Of a DNA stretch of 64,000 nucleotides, positions 38,539 to 48,890 are shown one piece after another. The notes under the pieces are model-generated. The model did not search any database, was not told where the DNA came from, and saw nothing but the letters and a program-made list of their open reading frames with translations. Position 1 is the first letter of the stretch. The number at the start of each line of letters is the position of its first letter. A program made the position numbers and the translations under genes. Origin of the DNA: Bacilli bacterium (GTDB lineage: Bacteria; Bacillota; Bacilli; JACDOE01). The DNA lies in the NCBI GenBank assembly GCA_041686735.1, contig JAWLDF010000005.1, positions 70,029 to 134,028 of the forward strand, read 5' to 3'.

Positions 38539-39486
38539 ATGCTGAACCGGGTGAAACGTCTGTTGCACAAAAGCAAAACGCTATTTCTATTGGTCGGACT
38601 GGCTCATGTCCTTCCGGCTCTGTACTTGATGTGGATCGCAATCGGAAATGACAGTGTTCCCGGAGTCAAATATTTTCCACTTCATCCCGAATATATTTTT
38701 GAAACCGCTGACAGCTATCTCTCCATAAAAGAGGAAAAAGGAGAGACCTACGTCATCCGCCTCGATACCATTTCGCAGACCAATCATCCCGCTTACTTAA
38801 GGCAGGATATCTCCCTTCTTTTTCAAGACGGCATATTGATTGCCCAAAATCATGACTGGATACAGGATGCGGATACGCTGATTCACAGTCTAGAGCATCG
38901 ATCCCGTTATAACCATCTGTTTGAGGCGGTCACTTATCACCATGCGGAATTTCACGATCCCGGCGGGGAAGAATCAGATATCACCATTCAACAGGCGATG
39001 AGTTCCGATTACTTATACGTTGCCTCTTCGAAGTTCGGAGGAACCCATCATTTTCATCACCCGCAGACAGAAAAAAAGATACGGTGGAAAGAAGTGATAG
39101 ACCGGGGGATTAATAACCATTTGCTTTTTGAATGGCGCCAGGCGATGAAAGAGTTTGATATTGATCAAAATGAATACTTTATGATCCCCCTGACGAGGCT
39201 CCCCTCGTATGGAGTGAAAGAAGATCTTCCCGCCATTGCGGGAGAGAAGCAGGCAGAAGTGATCGGCAACCTCTGGGAAGGATTGTATCACGAGTATGTG
39301 CTAGGACAGAGCGGAGATCCGGCTTCCCCGCCGTCCTCCCCGGCCGATGCCGCACTGGGAAGTGGAATTCCCCTGATTCTTATCGATAAAAAGGGGGACC
39401 ATATTCGCGTCATCTATCGGGGCTCAGACGGAAAGTATCATCAGCTGTACCAACGGGTTTCAACCTCCGCCCTGGATACGAAATGA
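38539..39486 (+). CDS. Hypothetical N-terminally anchored protein
   Basis: 315 aa; strong GGAGAAGGAG RBS; one N-terminal TM; His-rich stretches. No family recognized. Confidence 0.5.
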   Translation: MLNRVKRLLHKSKTLFLLVGLAHVLPALYLMWIAIGNDSVPGVKYFPLHPEYIFETADSYLSIKEEKGETYVIRLDTISQTNHPAYLRQDISLLFQDGILIAQNHDWIQDADTLIHSLEHRSRYNHLFEAVTYHHAEFHDPGGEESDITIQQAMSSDYLYVASSKFGGTHHFHHPQTEKKIRWKEVIDRGINNHLLFEWRQAMKEFDIDQNEYFMIPLTRLPSYGVKEDLPAIAGEKQAEVIGNLWEGLYHEYVLGQSGDPASPPSSPADAALGSGIPLILIDKKGDHIRVIYRGSDGKYHQLYQRVSTSALDTK

Positions 39487-40730
39487 GTTTCCGACATGTC
39501 ATGTGCCGACGGGTAAACGGTACTTCTTTTATCAAAGCCCATTTTCACTCCTGCGACAAGTATAGAGAGTAACAGAACGAACACGACAAAGCGTTGAAAC
39601 TTGAATTTGGCGGCGAGGAGGGGCAATCCGACGGCAAAGGATGCGAGAAAACCTGCGAATAACCCGCCGATATGGGCAAAATTATCGATCATATCGGGGA
39701 ACATCAGACCGATGGCCAGGTTGAGCACGACGATCATAATGACATCATTGCCCATGGTACGGAAAAACAGATTGCGATAACGAACACCAAAATGAAGCAG
39801 GGAACCGAACAATCCGAAAATGGCTCCGGATGCCCCGGCGGAAAGACTGGGGGAAAAATAAAAACTGGCAATCACTCCGGCAACTCCTGCGCACAAATAG
39901 ATGATTAAAAATCGAAGCGAACCGTAAATTCTCTCGGCGACGCTTCCGATAAAATACAGGGCGATATTGTTAAACAGGAGATGAATGAAACCAATATGTA
40001 AAAACATCGGAGTCACAAGCCGCCACCATTCTCCCTGTACAATCAACTCGTTGAATTTGGCACCAAAAAGGATCAGTACATAGGGATTTTGGCTGCCTCC
40101 CGCCAGTTCCATCAACGCGAACAAGATCAGATGAATCACAATCAAGATCATGGTAAACCGGGGCTTGCCCGATAACATGATCTCCTTTTCCCGTTTTTCG
40201 CGCTGGTATTGAATTTGTTCTGCCTGTCTTCTCCATTGATCGGCATAGGTCCATTCATACGATGTGGAAAGGGACGTTTGAATTGGCTGGTTCAAGCCGA
40301 ATAAGTTCAGGATATCTTCTTTTTCGGAGACGGTCTGATCGGGGTCGAACAGGGCATGCCCGGTCAGAGAAAAAACGAAGGTATAAAGTGTTCCCCAGCC
40401 GGCTTCGACACGACTTTTCTTTTCGATTTGCCGGGATAATTCCGGATAAGGGGGAGAAATAAAAAGATAGACATGCAGGCAGTCTACGCGGCGTGCACGC
40501 ATTCTGGATCTGATCTGTTTGAGCATCCGCTCATTTTCCAGCATCCTGCGACCGGGTTCGGCCGGCCACACAAAATCCACCAGTTCAAGACAAATACATT
40601 GATAATTACGCCCCCGGTTGCGCAACAGATAAACGACATCATCACCGGATTGCAGCAGTTGATACCCCTCAGTTTTCACCAGTTCATACGTCATTCTCCA
40701 TAAATAAGTCCTTGCCTGTTCCAGTTCCAC
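39441..40730 (-). CDS. Rhomboid-family intramembrane serine protease with about 200-aa cytoplasmic N-terminal domain (GluP-like)
   Basis: Rhomboid core WRLVTPMFLHIGFIHLLFN...GASGAIFGL (catalytic Ser) ...HIGGLFAGF (catalytic His). Confidence 0.8.
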   Translation of the reverse strand: MELEQARTYLWRMTYELVKTEGYQLLQSGDDVVYLLRNRGRNYQCICLELVDFVWPAEPGRRMLENERMLKQIRSRMRARRVDCLHVYLFISPPYPELSRQIEKKSRVEAGWGTLYTFVFSLTGHALFDPDQTVSEKEDILNLFGLNQPIQTSLSTSYEWTYADQWRRQAEQIQYQREKREKEIMLSGKPRFTMILIVIHLILFALMELAGGSQNPYVLILFGAKFNELIVQGEWWRLVTPMFLHIGFIHLLFNNIALYFIGSVAERIYGSLRFLIIYLCAGVAGVIASFYFSPSLSAGASGAIFGLFGSLLHFGVRYRNLFFRTMGNDVIMIVVLNLAIGLMFPDMIDNFAHIGGLFAGFLASFAVGLPLLAAKFKFQRFVVFVLLLSILVAGVKMGFDKRSTVYPSAHDMSETHFVSRAEVETRWYS

Positions 40731-40839
40731 TCAATCCCCCCGCTTTTTTAACGATGTTCTGACAACAAATTCAACCCATTCAACTTTCCGCATTTATGTT
40801 ACAATGAACGTAACGCTATAAAGAAAGGATTATGGTGAC

Positions 40840-41526
40840 ATGTCGATTTTTGATCTCAACGCGACATCCGTTCTCGTGGGTCTCAGTGCCGTTTTGCTGA
40901 CGGCTCTATTACGCATGCATTATCCTTTTCGCTACCAATATTTGTGTATGTTGTTTCGCAATCGTCCCGATATGATTAAAAAATTGCTGAATCGCTCTTC
41001 GAGAAAAAATCGTCATGTTGTAGGAAAATTGGATCAGTCATCTAAAGAGATTATGGATGGTGAATATGAAAAAGCCGAGCAAACCATCCTGACGGCGATC
41101 CTGAAAATTCAAAGTCAGCCGAAGTCTGCATTAAATCAGGTAATCAGCCATCTTTTATATTATAATCTGGCTCTAACTTTATATTATCGCAAAAATTATA
41201 ACAAGTCCCTGCAGATTCTGATGAATGTATATCAATATGATCCCGGGTTAACCAATGCGCTGGCTTTGATGATCTGCAACTTTGCACGCAAAGGTGAGAT
41301 TCAACTTGCCGTAGAATCCCTTTCCGAATTGAAACAAAAACGGCGTGTCAATCAGGGTTTAATGCTTCCCTGCATCGCCGAAATTGAAGCCGCCAAAGGA
41401 AATTACGGAAAAGCGATCCGACTGCTGGAACGCACCAAGAAGATGACAAACTACTTAAACATTCACCTGACCAACGGAGAACTGGATAAACGCATTAAAG
41501 AATTGAGACAAAAATTAAATCATTAA
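40840..41526 (+). CDS. Hypothetical protein with TPR-like helical repeats
   Basis: 228 aa, N-terminal TM, repeated AxxYYxxGxY-type helices. Confidence 0.45.
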   Translation: MSIFDLNATSVLVGLSAVLLTALLRMHYPFRYQYLCMLFRNRPDMIKKLLNRSSRKNRHVVGKLDQSSKEIMDGEYEKAEQTILTAILKIQSQPKSALNQVISHLLYYNLALTLYYRKNYNKSLQILMNVYQYDPGLTNALALMICNFARKGEIQLAVESLSELKQKRRVNQGLMLPCIAEIEAAKGNYGKAIRLLERTKKMTNYLNIHLTNGELDKRIKELRQKLNH

Positions 41527-41632
41527 ATCGATCATGAATGATTATTGGAAAATAAATAGAGCTGTGTTAAAATACCCTTTAGGGTATAAACCAACAAGGG
41601 TATTTTTTAGGAACAGTGAGGTGAAATGCACT

Positions 41633-41836
41633 ATGCCTTTTTTTGATTTTCGTTGTCTTGAATGCAATGAACAATATCAAAAAATGGTTTCTCATAGCAA
41701 AAAAGATGAGGTAACCTGCCCTTCCTGCGGCAGTAAGCAGAAGGAGCAACTGTACATCGCCCGTATCAAAGGGCCGGTGTCTTCTTCATCTTCCTCATCC
41801 TCTTCCTACCGTCCTGCCAGCAGAGGATTCACCTGA
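41633..41836 (+). CDS. FmdB-family zinc-ribbon protein with poly-Ser C-terminal tail
   Basis: MPFFDFRCLECNEQYQ...CPSCGS, then SSSSSSSSSYRPAS. GAGGTG RBS. The longer upstream ORF start is unlikely. Confidence 0.6.
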   Translation: MPFFDFRCLECNEQYQKMVSHSKKDEVTCPSCGSKQKEQLYIARIKGPVSSSSSSSSSYRPASRGFT

Positions 41837-41903
41837 GCAGGCGGATGTTAGATAGAAAGCCGTGTGCTTTCTAAGGGCTCAATCATTGAGGTGATGAACG
41901 ACG

Positions 41904-42407
41904 ATGGAAAAAAAGAAAGCAAGTGAATCCCGAACCTTCATGACAGATTTGATATTACCGCCGGATACCAATAACCACGGTACCATTTTCGGCGGAAACG
42001 TCATGGCCTATGTCGATAAAATTGCCAGTATCGCCGCCATGCGTCACTGCCGTAAGCCTGTGGTGACAGCTTCCAGTGACAGTGTGGATTTCCTCGCTCC
42101 CATTAAAAACGGAGAGGCCATTTGCCTTGAATCTTTTGTGACATGGACCCATCATACTTCAATGGAGGTTTATGTAAAGGTAGAGGCGGAGGATCTTTTA
42201 TCGGGAGAGCGGCGACTGACGTCCACTGCATACCTTACTTTTGTAGCGCTGGACGAAACCGGTCGGCCTGCCGATGTGCCGGAGGTTGTTCCGGAAAGTG
42301 AAGAAGAATGGTATCACTATAAACATGCAGCCAAACGATACGAACATCGCAAAAAAAGAAGAAAGTGGCTGCGGGAGCGTATGGATAATCATCAAAAAAA
42401 CGATTAA
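41904..42407 (+). CDS. Acyl-CoA thioesterase (hotdog fold, YkhA/YciA-like)
   Basis: LPPDTNNHGTIFGGNVMAYVDKIASIAA...SVDFLAPI hotdog thioesterase signature. Confidence 0.8.
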   Translation: MEKKKASESRTFMTDLILPPDTNNHGTIFGGNVMAYVDKIASIAAMRHCRKPVVTASSDSVDFLAPIKNGEAICLESFVTWTHHTSMEVYVKVEAEDLLSGERRLTSTAYLTFVALDETGRPADVPEVVPESEEEWYHYKHAAKRYEHRKKRRKWLRERMDNHQKND

Positions 42408-42534
42408 ACTTATGTTTTGCAACAAAGGCAGAGATGAAAAATTCTCTGCCTCTTTTATTTGCCCAAACACTTCAAGTTCATGATGAATAACATAAAATCA
42501 CCATAATCTCAGCAAACGGAAGGAATGCGATAGA

Positions 42535-43629
42535 ATGAAACAGCAAATGGGCATTTTATTAAATACAGCTGTGTTAAAAAGAGAACTTCTTCGTTCCCCT
42601 GTATTTGAAAAGATTTACTTATACGAACGATTTGCAAAGCTCTATGATGTTGAGCCGATCTATTTCCCTCTCTCGGGTTTGGATCTGGAAAAACAGACGG
42701 TAAGCGGATATATATGGGATCAGGAAGAGAAAAAATTCAGGAGGGTTCGGCGCCCCCTCCCCCGCGTGATTCATAATCGTTTGCTCACCAGTCACCGAAA
42801 AATGAACAGAAAGCTGAAACAATTGAGTGAACATCCTGATGTCACCGTTTTTAATCCCGTCATCAATCGCAATAAATTGTTCCTTCACCAATATCTGTAC
42901 GAAAATGAAGAAATCCGGCCCCATCTTCCGGAAACACTCCCTTTTAATCAAGAAAACCTTCATCGCATGGAGGATGAACCGGCACTGTTCATCAAGCCGG
43001 CCATCGGATCAATCGGGCGGGGAATTTTTCTCCTTGAAAAAAAGGATGACAAAAAGTACCGCTATCTCAGTTTCACCAAAAAAACCGGCATCCTGCGAAA
43101 CAAAAACCTGTACAGCAGATTAAGAAAGATAACCCGTTCCCGACCTTATCTCATCCAAAAAGCCGTCTCCCTTGCAAAATACAGGGGACGCCCGTTCGAT
43201 TTGCGGGTGACCGTGCAAAAAATTGAGAAGGATCAATGGACCGTCACCGGAATGGTGGCTAAAGTGGCACCTGCCGGCTCCGTATTAACCAATCTGGGCA
43301 GAGGAGGACGTGCCGTTTCTTTTGAGAAAGCGATCAACCATGCTTTTGCCGGGAAAAGTGAAAAGGAACGAAAAAAAATCAAGGCAGGCATTGAGCATCT
43401 TTCCCTGTCCATTTGCAAACACCTCGAATTAAAATGGACGACTCTTGCCGATATCGGACTTGACATCGGACTGGATGAGAGCGGAAAACCCTGGTTCATT
43501 GAAGCCAATGTACGTGATCAGCGCTATTCTTTTCTGTCCGCAGGAGAACATGAACTTTTTCATCGGACCTACCGATACCCGATACAATACGCACGGCGCC
43601 TGCTTGACCAAGGTTCCGGCAATGCTTGA
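42535..43629 (+). CDS. YheC/YheD-family ATP-grasp-like protein (paralog 1)
   Basis: FIKPAIGSIGRGIF...PFDLRVTVQK...WFIEANVRD, typical of YheC/D ATP-grasp proteins. Confidence 0.7.
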   Translation: MKQQMGILLNTAVLKRELLRSPVFEKIYLYERFAKLYDVEPIYFPLSGLDLEKQTVSGYIWDQEEKKFRRVRRPLPRVIHNRLLTSHRKMNRKLKQLSEHPDVTVFNPVINRNKLFLHQYLYENEEIRPHLPETLPFNQENLHRMEDEPALFIKPAIGSIGRGIFLLEKKDDKKYRYLSFTKKTGILRNKNLYSRLRKITRSRPYLIQKAVSLAKYRGRPFDLRVTVQKIEKDQWTVTGMVAKVAPAGSVLTNLGRGGRAVSFEKAINHAFAGKSEKERKKIKAGIEHLSLSICKHLELKWTTLADIGLDIGLDESGKPWFIEANVRDQRYSFLSAGEHELFHRTYRYPIQYARRLLDQGSGNA

Positions 43630-43737
43630 CTGGATTTTTTTTGATTTACTCACTCTATATTACCATTGAATATATGGTCGTTATCACGTAAAATAAAGAA
43701 ATAGTAGTTTCAAAAAAGATCATTAAGTAGAAATCAG

Positions 43738-44586
43738 GTGATACCCGTGTTAATGTTTTTTGGAGCATTGCTGGGAATGCTTCTTTTTTATGCGTATAAA
43801 AATACGCACCGTGTCGTTTTTAACCGTATTGAACTTCCGGTCAAACCCAGGAAAAATAATCATTCCATCGACCATATCCGCATTCTCCATCTTTCCGATT
43901 TGCATATGGAGAATATATCGGTAACTCCCGAACAATTATATGAACAACTGAAAGATGAAAAAATAGATTTGATCGCACTGACCGGCGATTATCTGGACAA
44001 GCCCCGCAATATTCCCAAACTGAAAACATACATTGAAGTACTGAACCGGTTACATGTTCGTTTCGGCACCTTTGCCGTATTCGGAAATCACGATTACCTT
44101 CTCTCCTCCGATAAATTCAACGAATTGAAAGAGACCCTGACTTCCCTCGGTTGCCGGGTCATGCATAATGAACACGATACGATCGAGCTGGGTGAATGTC
44201 GTCTGAATATCATCGGCATTGATGATTTCTGCACTCGTCGCAGTGATGCCGAACAAGCATACAACGGTGTCAAAGACGGAATCAATGTTGTATTGACCCA
44301 TGATCCAAACATCGTGTTGCATCTTGACAAACACTACGATTACCTTCTGTCAGGCCATTTTCACGGCGGACAAATCCACTGGCCGCGACCCTATCACCTT
44401 GTGAAGATGGGCAAACTGGCCAGAATGAATATTATTCGCGGCCTTAATTTTCATAATGAAAAGGCATTTTATATCAGTGAAGGACTGGGCCAAACCGGTG
44501 TGAATATCCGGCTTCGCTCCAGACCTGAAATCACATTGCATACCCTCGTGGGAGAACCTGCCATGAGCCGGGAACATAGTGCCTGA
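43738..44586 (+). CDS. Membrane-anchored metallophosphoesterase (YkuE-like, calcineurin-like)
   Basis: LHLSDLHM, GDYLD, GNHDY, and a GHFHGG phosphoesterase motif set. N-terminal TM. Confidence 0.75.
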   Translation: MIPVLMFFGALLGMLLFYAYKNTHRVVFNRIELPVKPRKNNHSIDHIRILHLSDLHMENISVTPEQLYEQLKDEKIDLIALTGDYLDKPRNIPKLKTYIEVLNRLHVRFGTFAVFGNHDYLLSSDKFNELKETLTSLGCRVMHNEHDTIELGECRLNIIGIDDFCTRRSDAEQAYNGVKDGINVVLTHDPNIVLHLDKHYDYLLSGHFHGGQIHWPRPYHLVKMGKLARMNIIRGLNFHNEKAFYISEGLGQTGVNIRLRSRPEITLHTLVGEPAMSREHSA

Positions 44587-44615
44587 CCCGAAGAGTACGA
44601 AACCGCTGACGCTAA

Positions 44616-44652
44616 ATCACCTGTTCATCATCTGAGCAGGTGATTTTTTTTG
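44616..44652 (+). terminator. Intrinsic terminator
   Basis: ATCACCTG...CAGGTGAT hairpin followed by TTTTTTTTG. Confidence 0.6.
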
Positions 44653-44684
44653 TATCATTTTTCATTTCATGATATAAAAAAAAT

Positions 44685-45461
44685 ATGCGAACGATAAAAC
44701 AATGGTTGATAGAATGCTGGAATCATAATCAGGCACTTCCTGCGCCGCAACAGATCCGATTACAACCCGGGTTTCAGGAAAATCAGGTTCCTTTTTTAAT
44801 TTATCGTCCGGCAGGGAAAGGAGAAAAAAGCCGGACACCGGAACGGGAATGGAACCGGATGTTCCAACATTTTTTTGAAGACAGGGTTTTCCTGGTACAG
44901 CTGTCTGCGGAGTATGACCTTCTGCTCATTCCTTTTTCCAGGCTGGAACATGAAGAACTCGTCTCCCCCCGAGAGACAATTTTTCTGTGGGGACAGAGTC
45001 TGTTGACGCTTATGGAAAATGAGGGGAGGGAACAGAACAAAATCACGATGGCGGAGGAAACGATGCCGGAGCAGATGGGTGAAATCCTCATTCAAATGAG
45101 GGAAACCCATGAACTTGCTTCGTTTTTTTATCCGGGGCTAAAGCTGGCAGCGCCCTGGCTTTTTCCGCTGGAGAGTACGGTTATGCAACTTGACCGGAAA
45201 AGTCGCGAGTTCATGTATCATCATCTTGTACAGTTGCTCGGGGTGGATGACGAAATCAGTGATGAGGAACAGCGAACCCTTGAGGCCTTCATGCATCATA
45301 ATTTGAATATCAGTGAAACATCTCGCGCCCTTTATATGCATCGTAACACGTTATTGTACCGTCTTGACAGGTGGAAAGAGACAACGGACCTCGACCCGCG
45401 CCGATTTCAGGATGCAGCCGCCATCAAACTCCTTTTTCTCTTAAAAAAATCTCTGTCCTGA
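44685..45461 (+). CDS. PucR/CdaR-type C-terminal HTH regulator (short)
   Basis: C-terminal LNISETSRALYMHRNTLLYRLDRWKETTDLDPRRFQDAAAIKL matches the PucR C-terminal HTH. No RBS at the first ATG, so the start is uncertain. Confidence 0.55.
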   Translation: MRTIKQWLIECWNHNQALPAPQQIRLQPGFQENQVPFLIYRPAGKGEKSRTPEREWNRMFQHFFEDRVFLVQLSAEYDLLLIPFSRLEHEELVSPRETIFLWGQSLLTLMENEGREQNKITMAEETMPEQMGEILIQMRETHELASFFYPGLKLAAPWLFPLESTVMQLDRKSREFMYHHLVQLLGVDDEISDEEQRTLEAFMHHNLNISETSRALYMHRNTLLYRLDRWKETTDLDPRRFQDAAAIKLLFLLKKSLS

Positions 45462-45552
45462 CCCATTTTTGTGCAAATTGTCCATAGGCTCATCTGAATT
45501 TTCTGCCTACAATTAAAATGAGAAAAAAATCTGCGGGCAGGAGGAGAATGTG

Positions 45553-46680
45553 ATGGCAGGAGTAAAATTTGAACATGTCTTTAAACGGTACGGAGATGTT
45601 GAGGTTGTTAAAGATTTTCATCTCGAAATCAAGGATCGGGAATTTCTGGTTCTTGTCGGTCCGTCAGGGTGCGGAAAATCGACGACGTTAAGGATGATCG
45701 CCGGTCTTGAAGAGATTTCGGAAGGAAATTTATACATAGGTGACCGGCAGGTCAATGATGTCCCTCCCAAAGATCGCGACATTGCCATGGTTTTTCAAAG
45801 TTATGCTCTCTATCCCCATATGAACGTCTATCAAAACATGGCTTTCGGGCTGAAATTGCGCAAATTCCCGAAAAAAGAAATCGATAAGCGTATTCGTGAA
45901 GCGGCGCGCATCCTGGATATCGAACATTTACTCGATCGAAAACCGAAGGCTCTCTCCGGAGGTCAAAGGCAGCGGGTCGCTCTGGGGCGGGCGATTGTAC
46001 GTGAACCCCAGGTGTTTTTAATGGATGAGCCTCTCTCCAATCTTGACGCGAAATTACGGGTTCAGATGCGCACGGAAATCAGCAAATTGCATCAGCGTCT
46101 GCAAACCACTTTTATTTATGTAACCCACGATCAGACAGAAGCGATGACCATGGGAGACCGCATCGTGGTGATGAAAGACGGGGTGATTCAGCAGGCTGCT
46201 TCCCCCAATGACATTTACAATCATCCTGCCAATCAGTTTGTAGCCGGTTTTATCGGTTCCCCCTCCATGAATTTTCTGGAAGGAAAACTGCAACAGGAAA
46301 ACGGGCAACTTCGTTTCATCACCGACGGATGGAGTGTATCGCTCTCGCCGGAAAAGGAAAATTGGCTTAAGCAATCAGGATATGATGGTAAACAGGTCGT
46401 GCTCGGCATTCGTCCCGAGGATCTGTACATGAAAGGTTCACGCATCCGTCAGGACGAAAATATTCTTCAGGCAGAGTCATTTGTCGCCGAAGTTGATGTT
46501 TTGGAAAATATGGGATCGGAATATTACATTTATTTTCACAATATCGGAAATCGTGAAATGATTGCAAGGGTGGAAGCGGAATCCGGGATTACTCCGCAAT
46601 CCCGCGTTGAGTTGACGGCAAACATCAACAAAATTCATCTGTTTGATAAAGAAAGCGAACAATCGATCACAATTCCATAA
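45553..46680 (+). CDS. msmX: Sugar ABC transporter ATP-binding protein, MalK/MsmX type
   Basis: Walker A GPSGCGKST, ABC signature LSGGQRQR, Walker B FLMDEPLSNLD, and a C-terminal TOBE regulatory domain. GGAGGAG RBS. Confidence 0.85.
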   Translation: MAGVKFEHVFKRYGDVEVVKDFHLEIKDREFLVLVGPSGCGKSTTLRMIAGLEEISEGNLYIGDRQVNDVPPKDRDIAMVFQSYALYPHMNVYQNMAFGLKLRKFPKKEIDKRIREAARILDIEHLLDRKPKALSGGQRQRVALGRAIVREPQVFLMDEPLSNLDAKLRVQMRTEISKLHQRLQTTFIYVTHDQTEAMTMGDRIVVMKDGVIQQAASPNDIYNHPANQFVAGFIGSPSMNFLEGKLQQENGQLRFITDGWSVSLSPEKENWLKQSGYDGKQVVLGIRPEDLYMKGSRIRQDENILQAESFVAEVDVLENMGSEYYIYFHNIGNREMIARVEAESGITPQSRVELTANINKIHLFDKESEQSITIP

Positions 46681-46797
46681 GGCAAGGGAATATAAGAAGG
46701 CTCTCTTCCATAAGAGGAGGGCTTTTTTTATTTGAGCAAAATATGGGTGAGTAAAATGATTCACTTTTTTTCAGTCTATAAATAACAGATCAAATAT

Positions 46798-48207
46798 TTG
46801 TCTGGAGTTGATGAAAGAGTGAAAAGATGGATAATGATCACGGTTGCTTCGCTGGTCCTGTTTCTGATTGTCGTGACCGTCGCTTTAAATACCCGCGATC
46901 AGGTTCAACCCCCGCAGGAACCGTTAAATCAGATCAATTATCTGAGCCAGGTCAACCGCTTGAAAACGAAACTGAATAAACAAAACGGAATTACTGTACT
47001 CGATCACCGTAAAGAGGGCGTTCAAAGCCACTATGTAAAAAATGAGGTGACCGTAAAGTTTAAACGTCACCCGGATGAACAGGAAATGGAGCGCATCAAT
47101 CAACAAATTGACGGGAAACTGAAAAAACACAATGGTCTTACCTGTATTTTTCAATCAGATTCTCTGTCTTCAACAGATTTGGTTCATTACTTTCAACAGA
47201 GAAATGATGTCGATTATGCCGAGCCCAACTATATTTTGTTGCCCAATGTGGTACCCAATGATCAGTATTACCGGGATTACCAGTGGAACCTGAGCATGAT
47301 CCGCATGGAAGATGGCTGGGACATTACCGGCGGCAGCGATGAAGTGATCGTGGCCGTCGTTGACAGCGGCGTCGATGTCGATCATCCCGACCTGGCCCCA
47401 AAACTTGTACTGGGACATAATATACTGAGGGACAACGATGATGTCAATGATGATAATGGTCATGGTACACATGTAGCCGGAATCATCGCTGCAGCAACCA
47501 ACAACAACATCGGGGTTGCAGGTTTGTCCTGGAACAGTCGGATTATGCCGGTAAAGGGAATCGGTGCAGACGGGACCGGAACAGCGTTTGATATTGCCAA
47601 CGGGATCGTGTGGGCCGTGGATCACGGTGCCAGTGTCATCAATCTCAGCGTGGGAAATTATACGCCGTCACAGGTCTTACACGACGCCGTGAAATATGCC
47701 TTTGACCGTGATGCTGTCCTGGTGGCAGCCAGCGGGAACGATAATACAGATCAACCGGGCTATCCGGCCGCTTATCCCGAGGTCCTTGCCGTGGGCGCCG
47801 TGGACTATATGAGACAGCGTGCCGAGTTCTCCAATTATGGCGAATATATCGACGTGATGGCTCCCGGGGTGGATATCCCCAGTACTTTTATCGACAACCA
47901 GTATGCTTCTCTGTCGGGTACCTCAATGGCGACACCGCATGTTGCGGGTCTGGCAGCATTAATTCGTTCAGTCGATCCCGGCTTGAGTAATCTTGAAGTG
48001 ATGGAAGTGATCCGCAATACATCGATCGATCTCGGTGCACAGGGAAGAGATCCATACTTCGGATACGGTGTAATCGACGGACTCAGTTCACTCAGAATGC
48101 TGACGAATCAAACGGATACACAGCCGCCGCAAACCCAGAACTACCGCAGAACCCCCCTTGAATTTATAAGGGATCTCTTTATCGAGTGGGGCTGGATCCA
48201 ATCGTAA
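46798..48207 (+). CDS. Subtilisin-like S8 serine peptidase, membrane-anchored
   Basis: Catalytic triad contexts VVDSGVDVDHPDL, HGTHVAGIIAA and GTSMATPHVAG. N-terminal TM. The exact start (TTG 46798, GTG 46819 or ATG 46834) is ambiguous. Confidence 0.85.
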   Translation: MSGVDERVKRWIMITVASLVLFLIVVTVALNTRDQVQPPQEPLNQINYLSQVNRLKTKLNKQNGITVLDHRKEGVQSHYVKNEVTVKFKRHPDEQEMERINQQIDGKLKKHNGLTCIFQSDSLSSTDLVHYFQQRNDVDYAEPNYILLPNVVPNDQYYRDYQWNLSMIRMEDGWDITGGSDEVIVAVVDSGVDVDHPDLAPKLVLGHNILRDNDDVNDDNGHGTHVAGIIAAATNNNIGVAGLSWNSRIMPVKGIGADGTGTAFDIANGIVWAVDHGASVINLSVGNYTPSQVLHDAVKYAFDRDAVLVAASGNDNTDQPGYPAAYPEVLAVGAVDYMRQRAEFSNYGEYIDVMAPGVDIPSTFIDNQYASLSGTSMATPHVAGLAALIRSVDPGLSNLEVMEVIRNTSIDLGAQGRDPYFGYGVIDGLSSLRMLTNQTDTQPPQTQNYRRTPLEFIRDLFIEWGWIQS

Positions 48208-48227
48208 CCCCTGGTAATAACAAAGAA

Positions 48228-48265
48228 CCTCCGGTAAGTAGTGCCAGCTGCCGGAGGTTCTATTT
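48228..48265. terminator. Bidirectional terminator hairpin
   Basis: GAACCTCCGGTAAGTAGTGCCAGCTGCCGGAGGTTC followed by TATTTATTCTTT. Confidence 0.5.
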
Positions 48266-48274
48266 ATTCTTTGA

Positions 48275-48778
48275 TTATTTTGCAGTTCTCATTTTTTTCT
48301 TGGTCAGATAGTCGGTTTCATAATAGTGTAATTCTTCCCGTAAATATTCAAAAACTTTGGAGAGGGATAAAACCAGCCGGCGCAACTCGGGTGTTACCGG
48401 TTTGTGAAAAATAATCGCATCTTTTCCGGTATAGGAGTGACGGCCGTCCTCTTCGTAAACTTCTTGCTTGGGGTAAAAAAACTGATTGATGCAAGTGTGA
48501 TAAACCTGATACAATGATTCTTCAGCAAAGTCCCTGTTAAATTTGGCCCGACGCAAACTGATTCCCAGTTTTTCGCTGGCATTTTCGCAGTTGACCAGTA
48601 AATGACGAAGATCAGCAAGGAAGTCCCGGTAATAATGTTCATACTCTTCTTTATCACCGGATTGTGCAACCAGTTGATCAAGTGTGGTATTGTTTAAAAA
48701 CCGTTCGATGTCCATACTGACTTTCTTCAGACGATTGAATGACTCCTCACAAAGTGCTTTCAACTGCTTTTCAGGCAT
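48275..48778 (-). CDS. Hypothetical cytoplasmic protein
   Basis: 167 aa; ORF length and context only; no recognized motifs. Confidence 0.45.
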   Translation of the reverse strand: MPEKQLKALCEESFNRLKKVSMDIERFLNNTTLDQLVAQSGDKEEYEHYYRDFLADLRHLLVNCENASEKLGISLRRAKFNRDFAEESLYQVYHTCINQFFYPKQEVYEEDGRHSYTGKDAIIFHKPVTPELRRLVLSLSKVFEYLREELHYYETDYLTKKKMRTAK

Positions 48779-48890
48779 TCATTACCCCAACCCTTCATTT
48801 GTTACTGTTCTTTTATTGTAACAAAACCGTCACATTTGACAATATTGCAGAACAAAGTTTAAATTTTCTAACTTATTTTGTTCAATCCGG

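Noticed and set aside
41775-41810. TCT/TCA-rich low-complexity DNA resembling a microsatellite
   Set aside because: It is in frame within the FmdB-like ORF and encodes a poly-Ser tail. No evidence of repeat-unit variation or of a non-coding repeat.
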